Shown here one piece after another: positions 55,650 through 64,000 of a stretch of 64,000 bases of DNA; position 1 is the stretch's first letter; each line of letters starts with the position of its first letter. The stretch covers positions 29,636,001 through 29,700,000 of the forward strand of contig OZ024746.1 in the NCBI GenBank assembly GCA_964016885.1, given 5' to 3'. The translations under genes and the position numbers were made by a program. The DNA is from Eledone cirrhosa (lineage: Eukaryota). The notes under the pieces are model-generated. The model had not been told where the DNA came from. It ran no database searches and saw nothing but the letters and a program-made list of their open reading frames with translations.

Positions 55650-56125
55650 TGTGGAGTGAGCAAGAGACGAGCTATGTGGAGTGAGTAGGAGAAGAGCTAA
55701 GTGGAGTGAGCAAGAGACGAGCTATGTGAAGTGAGTAGAGAAGAGCTATGTGGAGTGAGCAAGAGACGAGCTATGTGAAGTGAGTAGGAGAAAAGCTAAG
55801 TGGAGTGAGCAAGAGACGAGCTATATGGAGTGAGCCTCAGAAGAGCTATGTGGAGTGAGTAGGAGAAGAGTTATGTGGAGTGAGTCTGAGAAGAGTTATG
55901 TGGAGTGCTATGTGGAGTGAACATGAGAAGAAGAGCTATGTGGAGTCAACAGAAGAGCTGTGTGGTTTGAGTAGGTGAACAGCTATGTGGAGTGAGTAGG
56001 AGAGTGAGCATGACAAGAGCTATGTGGATTGAGGAAGAAGAGCTATGTAGAGTGAGCCAGAGAAGAGCTATGTGGAGTGAGCCAGAGAGGAGCTGTGTGG
56101 AGTGAACAGAAGAGCTATGTGGAGT
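55650..56125. repeat. ~22-23 bp minisatellite agagctatgtggagtgagyrrga
   Basis: About 20 imperfect units. Confidence 0.9.
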
Positions 56126-56139
56126 AATATTCTTGTAAC

Positions 56140-56229
<90 letters not shown>

Positions 56230-56997
56230 AATTAAATATATTGCTTGTGGCAACTGAATTATAAAGGCGAAAAGATGCTTAGATTTTCAGACAAAACAAA
56301 ACGTGCCACTACACAAGCGGAATATAATTGTAAATTTTTTTATAGAAAGAAAGAACTTTATGTAATATATATGTAATATATATGTAATATATTTGCAACA
56401 TATATGCAACATTTGTAAGATATATGCAATATATTTCTCTTACATATACAATATATATGTATATGTAATGTATTTGTAAGACATTTGAAATATTAAAATA
56501 TAGATTGTTAAAATGTGAGTTGTTTAACGCATATTTCTTTCGTAGATGTACAATTTGAATTAACGTTTTCAAGTTTACAAATGCATAGGCATGCAATCAG
56601 ACACACACATACATACCCACACACACGCACATTTACTCACACACAGACATACAAGCGCGTGGTAGTCAATCAGTGACGGTACAGACGGCGTGTGTTCTAG
56701 TTAGTCGAAAGATTTAAGAACCTGCTCGTAAAATTAACGGGTAAATGGTCGTGTATTCTACAGAAACGCGTACTTTTACGCGTTTTCAGTGAGATTTAGC
56801 GTGACATAGTGTGTAACATTGGTGGCTTTGTGAAATTAAGTTGCAACGCATCTTCTCTGATCTGGAGTAACGTTGAATAAAGTAACATCCTCCGTTGAAA
56901 TCGAACTTTATATGAATGAACCGAACATTCTAACCACCAAACACTGTACCTTCAAAAATATGCACACACACTCACACAAACACACACAAACACATAC

Positions 56998-57030
<33 letters not shown>

Positions 57031-57073
57031 TACAAACACAAGCACACACACACACATACATGTCTATTACATA

Positions 57074-57110
57074 CTAGACCACCCGTGACCCGTTGGGTAA
57101 CGTTCGTTAT
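57074..57110 (-). mobile_element. Helitron-like 3' terminus
   Basis: Minus strand ...acccaacgggtcacgggtggtCTAG|T; 5' end not located. Confidence 0.45.
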
Positions 57111-58441
57111 AGCCAGCGTATGAATTTTCCAGCTTAACCTCGTACATGGAAATGATTGGCTACTGTGATCACACCTGTCTGCGGATGTTACCCATCCATC
57201 GACCGACTTCCGCTATCGAACAGTCACAGGCGAAAAGACAGTGTGTGAGAATATGACTCTACAATCTTCTCCTCGTTGGATAATGGATTTCTAACTGTTT
57301 CACCATTATAAGTACCTATTTGCATTGAAACAGCGTCTTCAAAACATTCTTAACTTTAATTATAATTTTATTTTGTTGCCGAGTACGATTTATTCTAAAT
57401 ATATCTATTAGGTAGCGATTCTTGTGTTTGCTCAAAGCTTTTTATGTCAGTTCAAGTTGTTGAATGAATTTGAAAATTGCATTAGAAACCTTGACAAAGA
57501 CACACACCAGTCAGTTTACCTTGGACGGTATCTTTAGCTGCCTTATCAAGACAAACGTTTGTAGGTGTGTAAAAATCAAAATGACCCCTAACTTTTAAAC
57601 ACATTTAAAACCAAACATTGAATGTATATATGTTAATACTGACACTGTGAGGAGTAGCAAATATCTTTTTGTGTGAGCTACATGTACCCGAACTAAAATG
57701 AAACGTGTTACGTATGAAAAGAGAAATATTATAGGGAATAAAACAATATATAGAAAATACTAGAAACAAGACTGAAGGTGATGTTTTAGCATCTCTCACA
57801 GAAGACAAGAGTTTAACATTATTTTTCTTCTTTCTCTTCTTTTACACCAAATTAAATTAAATTGAAAATTCTGGAAGGTTTACACTATTATCTGCAATCG
57901 ATATTTTCATAATGACATAACATTAATTTCGTTTTGAGGACCACAATTCTTTTAGGAAACCATTTCTCTGAGGATATTAGACGGAGGTGATTTAAGTTTC
58001 TATGTGGTTGACACATCACGACAGAGTTGGCATTTTTCTAAGGGAAGCCACATGAATTACATCAATGGATTCAATAGCTTCACAAGAAGGCGGCGCTGAT
58101 AATAACTAGAGTAGAAATGGCGGCGGAGGAAAAATGCTGAGTATGTTCCAGGTAATTTAATTTGTCGAAAGAAACGATGTTTCAGCGAATAAACTAAACG
58201 AATAGAAGAAAAAATAAACGGTTTTGCATGCGAATAAAGAAGACAAAAATGAAAGCAGAAGACGTAAAGTAATAATTCAAACAATAAGGAAATTGAATTT
58301 AATGTAATGCCACTTATATTGCTTTAGAAATATTCAGATTTAGACTGTATAGCTGACTAGTTTAGACCATGCGTTTCTATGTATTTATATTTCTGTGCGC
58401 ATGTATGTATATATGCATGTGTATTTAAGTACATGCATGCA

Positions 58442-58474
<33 letters not shown>

Positions 58475-58723
58475 CCAGGTTTGATGGTCTTTATTCTCTC
58501 GTTCACGATTTCACCGAGTTTATATTCATAGAAATCTAGGACTTGTCTCTTTCTTCTCACTTTCTGTTGCTTAAACCATTTTGTTTGTTCACCCTAGCGT
58601 CCCCTTTATTTACGTGTCCCAACGACTTTTTTTAGCCGTTGTTCGCACCAACCTGAGGTATATGGCCTTTAAAGCGATGAAATGCCTAGGACGGTTGGAA
58701 GGCCACTGATGAAGGACTTACTT

Positions 58724-58775
<52 letters not shown>

Positions 58776-58917
58776 ATGTAAAAAATCTCCTAATTTTTGT
58801 GGGGAGGGACTTTGTTGGAATCACTGTTTCAGTAGTAGCATTGAGTCCTAGTATTGGTGTCAACTACGATGATTAATACACATTACCAAATAATCTACCT
58901 ACACACACATAATATAT

Positions 58918-58948
<31 letters not shown>

Positions 58949-59029
58949 CATATATACATATGTATATATATATATGTATATATATATATGTATATATATA
59001 TATGCATATATATATATATGTATATATAT

Positions 59030-59533
59030 ATAAGTTGTAATAAAATGAAAACGAAATTTCATTTCTCACTCTTAGTACGGCACTTACTTAAATGTAAGTA
59101 TGTATGTATACGTACATACATATACGTATACAGACGTACAGTAGCATGCACATATATACATATATATATATATATATATACATATATATACACATATACA
59201 TACAGGTACACATACATATATGTACGTATCAGTTTAGCGGACGCTTATTATAACGCCCGCTTTGTTCGTTTGTAAACAAACTGAACAGCCTGAATTTATG
59301 CCGTACGGTGTTAAGGCAACCACGTCACCTTTTTGTTCAACACTGACACAGGAACGATGTACTAGTTTCAAGCTTGTTAGCTATCATCAGCACCGTATAC
59401 CCTTCTGCCAGATGGTTGAACGTTCGAAAGTATATACTTTCCTTATGAAAATTAACGGCTGAGCAGCCTAATTTGCATATCGAGTGAGTTCTGTCGGTCA
59501 GGCGTACCGAAAACGATAAGTTGTAATAAAATG
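59030..59533 (-). mobile_element. Family J retrozyme-like monomer, second circular permutation (486-nt period)
   Basis: ataagttgtaataaaatg at 59030-59047 and 59516-59533; homologous to 12296-12785 with a shifted start. Confidence 0.78.
59354..59396 (-). ncRNA. Type I hammerhead ribozyme (family J)
   Basis: ACGGUG-CUGAUGA-U AGCU AACA AGCU U-GAAA-CUAG-UA-CAUCGU. Confidence 0.88.
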
Positions 59534-59769
59534 GTGGAGGTCAAATGTACTGAACAATAGCAGGCAAAAACACTACAGGGAGCCTCACCCCAGAAAGAAT
59601 TCTATAGACTTCTGACTGAGGAATGCTCTCAGAACTGAACAATGTGAAGTTTGACACTTTTTTTTGTTATTTTGTTCCTTTAACACCTTGTCCCTTCTAC
59701 CATTTTATCAATTTTTAAGCTAACTCCAACAATAACAACACTTAGAATGAGGAATGTTCTAATAACTGA

Positions 59770-60139
59770 CCAATGAGAGGAGAAGGGGACCTGTGACACA
59801 AAAATTCGTTTGTTTGAATTCATATGACTCCAGTTCCCCAGTGAATTAACAACCCAACAAGGAACTGGGTATATCAGAGTATTGACAATATCATACACCT
59901 AAATAACATATATACTTGTCTATACCATACTAATTCAAACTGCCTGAAGAGATCACAGCCAAAGATGGCTGTCACCGAAATATATATAGCAGTAATAAAC
60001 GAAGCTAAATTTTAATCATTTGACTTTTATTTAACTTTATTTTACACTACTCCGGAGTAACCAAACCAACCTGCGCACTTCGTCGAGTGCTCCAGCCTGC
60101 ATACTGAGGTGTTGGTATACAACCAACATAAACTCAAAA

Positions 60140-60140
<1 letters not shown>
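59770..60140 (+). mobile_element. Penelope-like 3' fragment (degraded EN end plus pLTR)
   Basis: Degraded (W)IH..T.VPQ(G)IN at ~59815-59850 upstream of a hammerhead, AATAAA and tail. Confidence 0.6.
59939..59993 (+). ncRNA. Type I hammerhead ribozyme
   Basis: ACUGC-CUGAAGA-GAUC ACAGCC AAAGAU GGCUGU CACC-GAAA-UAUAUA-UA-GCAGU. Confidence 0.82.
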
Positions 60141-60190
<50 letters not shown>

Positions 60191-60328
60191 AGTGTAAGTT
60201 ACTACACAAAACGAAGGTTATAGAGAAAATTGAGGTTGGTAATGGGACATGGAATATATAAGAGACAGAATACTTTTTTGTGAAAAAACATATAATTTTA
60301 TAAGGTAAGGAAATAATAAAGGGTATAA

Positions 60329-60376
60329 AAAATGACCGGTTTCGATGGGTCTGCAAAAGCCATCTTTTCAAATGTT
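60329..60376 (-). ncRNA. Degenerate hammerhead ribozyme
   Basis: AACAU-UUGAAAA(mutated core)-GAUGG..CCAUC-GAAA-CCGG-UC-AUUUU. Confidence 0.5.
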
Positions 60377-60689
60377 GATTAATATTAAGAAAAATTAATA
60401 ATAAGAAGAGTTAAAATTTGAGATTTGAAAATTCAAGTATAAAATTCATTGTGGGATTTCATTGTAGTTTTCATCTTGGTAACAGCTAGTTGACTGCTGT
60501 GTGCCTTTCTGGTAGTGAATGAGAAGTTATTTGGGGGTGTGGGTTATTTTATAAAGATCAGATTTAGCAATGGCCAGATGGCCAGCTGATGGTCAGTGAG
60601 GGGGTGGAAGCAATATACATACATACATATATCTTCCTGTGGTCGGTTGGAGAGGGGAGATTGATAGAAAGGGATTTAGTGCACTTACA

Positions 60690-60744
60690 CCCATATATAC
60701 ACACATACCTTCATCCACACATACATACATATACATATACATAT

Positions 60745-60797
<53 letters not shown>

Positions 60798-60930
60798 CAT
60801 ATACACACATACACATACACACACACATACATATACATACACACACACATACATATATGCACATACACACACATATATATATACACACACACATATATAT
60901 ATACATACACATACATCCAGATACACACAT

Positions 60931-60984
<54 letters not shown>

Positions 60985-61234
60985 ACATACACATATATAC
61001 ACACATATACATACACATATATATACACCCACCCACACATACATACACACACACACATATATATACATACACACATACAAACACACACACACACACACAC
61101 ATATATACACATACACACACATATATATACACACACACACACACACATATATATACACATACACATACATCCAGATACACACATACATACACACTCACAC
61201 ACACACGCACACACAATACATACACCCACATGCA

Positions 61235-61272
<38 letters not shown>

Positions 61273-61345
61273 CACATACATACACCCACACACAGAGAAA
61301 TGGCCTCCAAATATATATATATACATACATACACATATATTTTTT
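60690..61345. repeat. Mixed (CA)/(TA) microsatellite tract
   Basis: Dinucleotide low complexity. Confidence 0.9.
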
Positions 61346-61597
61346 CCATAATATAAGAAGTTAGGACAGTGAAATTAAAATATAAGTCATTCTGATCACA
61401 TTGAGTTCTTCATGTAGATTGGGCCCCGCAACCGACAGTGGTGAATTCTGTGTGCGCATATATATATAGATATATGTGTGTGCACGTGCAGGGTTTAACA
61501 TGGATGTGTTGGTCACACAAAGGCATGGTCTGTCAACGAATAAACCTGATTCTACAGAATTGGTCTCTGGTCTTTAATAGTATATACATATACACAC

Positions 61598-61663
<66 letters not shown>

Positions 61664-61855
61664 ATAATAATAAATTTGAAGACTAAAATCCAAAGAGGGG
61701 TCGATAAGGATAAATATATATCAAATATATAAGAACCGTAGAGCAAATATTCCAGAAGATCCCGTTAAGGGTGAAAGCAGCGATTCTTTGCTTAAACTTT
61801 AATCTGTTATTTTAATAAATAAATATATATATATATATATATATATATCTGTGTG

Positions 61856-61912
<57 letters not shown>

Positions 61913-61917
61913 GTGTG

Positions 61918-61964
<47 letters not shown>

Positions 61965-61969
61965 GGGTG

Positions 61970-62012
<43 letters not shown>

Positions 62013-64000
62013 TGTTCAGAAAGTAAATGGAAAAGAACACACCTAAAGATATATTACAGTGAAGATAGTTTCACTAGAATATAGAATGATAAAAGAAGAA
62101 ATGACAAAATAGACTGGAACAAGGTGAAATAATATATTTTGCCCAAGGACCTAACACACTGCCGTGAGTCGAACTCAAGGTTACAACTTAGCACTCTAAC
62201 CCTTCACAAAGTTGCAGTCTGTTATTAATGTCTGTTCGTTATTTTATTCTCTCTCTCTCTGTCTCTCTCTCTCTCTCCCCGCACCCTCTCTGACATATTT
62301 TTCAAATTGGTTGCGCTGTGCTGTGGGGAGGTCGTATGATATACCAGTCAATGTGTCTGCCATGATAGAAATTATGGGAGACCCTACTGACATAATTAAA
62401 CATCATCAGAAAGCTTTGAGGTACCACCCACACTCCAACAGATGGCGGTTGCAGCTGAAGATCATAGACAAGGATATGTACATTTCCTGTTTGTTAAAGC
62501 ACTGTCAATATTTGAGTATAGCTTTTTTTCGTTTTCATGGTAACGATTTTGTGAGTCTCTAATGATATATATTGAATACATTTGTTGTCTTCCTTTTATA
62601 TGTTATTTACGTTGGTGAGAGTTTTCATTGTTTTGTTACGAAGATCCATTAAAGAACAAACACACAAACATACAAAGCAAAGTCTCTTTACATAAACTTG
62701 CAGTGATAGTTTGTTTCAGTTTACAAATATCAGGGTTTCAGGAAAATAGTAAACAAGTACATAACAGGAAAAACGCATCGTTAATGTTATATGACTATAA
62801 ACTATGATCAATACAGGACAATAATGAAATATGACTAAACTAGCAAAGAACCACGACGGCACAACATTTGCCATTACACGTGACCGTTTTATTCCTTCTC
62901 CACCACTACTACCACCTCCAAAACACAACGGAAATGAGAGAAAAAAAATGACACAAAAAATTTCGATGATAAAAACAACAATGCAAACGTCAGTTAAATG
63001 TAATGTGAGGCTGAACTATAACGTCGTATTGTATAGAAACATGCCACTTGAGGAGGAAAGACGCATTGCAAGAAAAGTTGGTAGAAATACTAGAAAATCG
63101 ATGTTATCAGTGAACGGTCATGTTGCCTTAATGGTTTCGGACGTTGCTGTTTGAGAAGAAAGAGGCAAATGTGATGGATAGTAAAGATAAGAAACCACAG
63201 TGTAATTCAATACCTTCTCCTCCAAAACATCAACGAAGTACTGTAAATCATAGGACAAGTCAAAGCATCACGACTGACGTTATCATAAAATATTGAGTAT
63301 AGTAAAATTAATTGAAACAATGGTCCATTGAGAATACCTTTGATTGAAGCAGGAAAGTCAGCTTCTGATACAGAAATTCAACAGTCTGCGGAAATACTCT
63401 CACTGGTGTTCCCAAAGCAAATAAACAAATAAACGCCGTGATTGACATTAAAACATTGGATATCAAACCGCCAGAAGCACCCACTGTTTCTACGATACAA
63501 AAGTCTTTATATTTATCTAAAACCTTCAATCATAATTGTATGTAAGAACCTTTGTTAAATTATGTTCCAAACACTGGCTTAATATTGATAAATTCAGTCA
63601 TATTTTAAAAGCTTTCAAATTTATTCAAAACGGAAAGACAGTGTCTAAATATCGTATCAAACGTGTTAAAGACTGCTTGGATATTACACCGACATCTTAA
63701 CTGTTATGGACAAGAAAACATGCGAAGTTAAGAATTACTTATCTATATTATACTGACGCTTCAGTTATGGATAAAAAGATATGTTAAGTTAAAAGCAAGC
63801 TGAAGGAAGCCACAAGCTAGAATTGTACAGAACGGCTCCTTGCTATCCTGAAAGAAAGTAAGCAGTCCCAATGGAACTTTCTTCAGCATGTTATATTGTG
63901 TGGACGCAAAATGGTCGAAGGTTTAAGAGGTTGATTTCGTAATCATTTGATCCAGGGTTCAATCCTACAGTGTGGCATCTTGAACAAGTGACATTTACCA

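Noticed and set aside
62716-63529. Non-repetitive ORFs (62831-63154 plus; 62716-62928 and 63308-63529 minus), possibly GPCR-like or a pseudogene
   Set aside because: No recognisable motifs, multiple stops, and the hydrophobicity is explained by the T-rich strand

Overview
AT-rich, microsatellite-saturated eukaryotic genomic DNA, probably intronic or intergenic. The SINE-like repeats resemble octopus SINEs, so a coleoid cephalopod is likely (inference). No intact host gene is recognisable, and nearly all ORFs in the track are repeat artefacts. Classical mobile DNA present: a 5'-truncated Tx1/L1-type LINE with a 20-bp TSD, RTE and CRE LINE fragments, a non-autonomous Helitron, a mariner remnant, SINEs and several kb-scale minisatellites (12-, ~24-, ~27- and 40-bp units). 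The main signal is more than a dozen families of short elements inserted in (TA)n tracts. Many carry manually foldable type I hammerhead ribozymes (CUGANGA-stem II-GAAA-short or palindromic stem III-UH-stem I), and some adjoin GIY-YIG endonuclease remnants of Penelope-like elements. They show (i) asymmetric head-to-head inverted insertions, (ii) a covarying RCUC...GAGY hairpin just past the short-arm end, shared by unrelated families, (iii) a non-coding ~440-490 nt ribozyme monomer present in two circular permutations (retrozyme-like), and (iv) a chimera of two families fused at their ribozyme cleavage sites. All folding and alignment was done by eye; element boundaries are approximate and family letters are my own labels.
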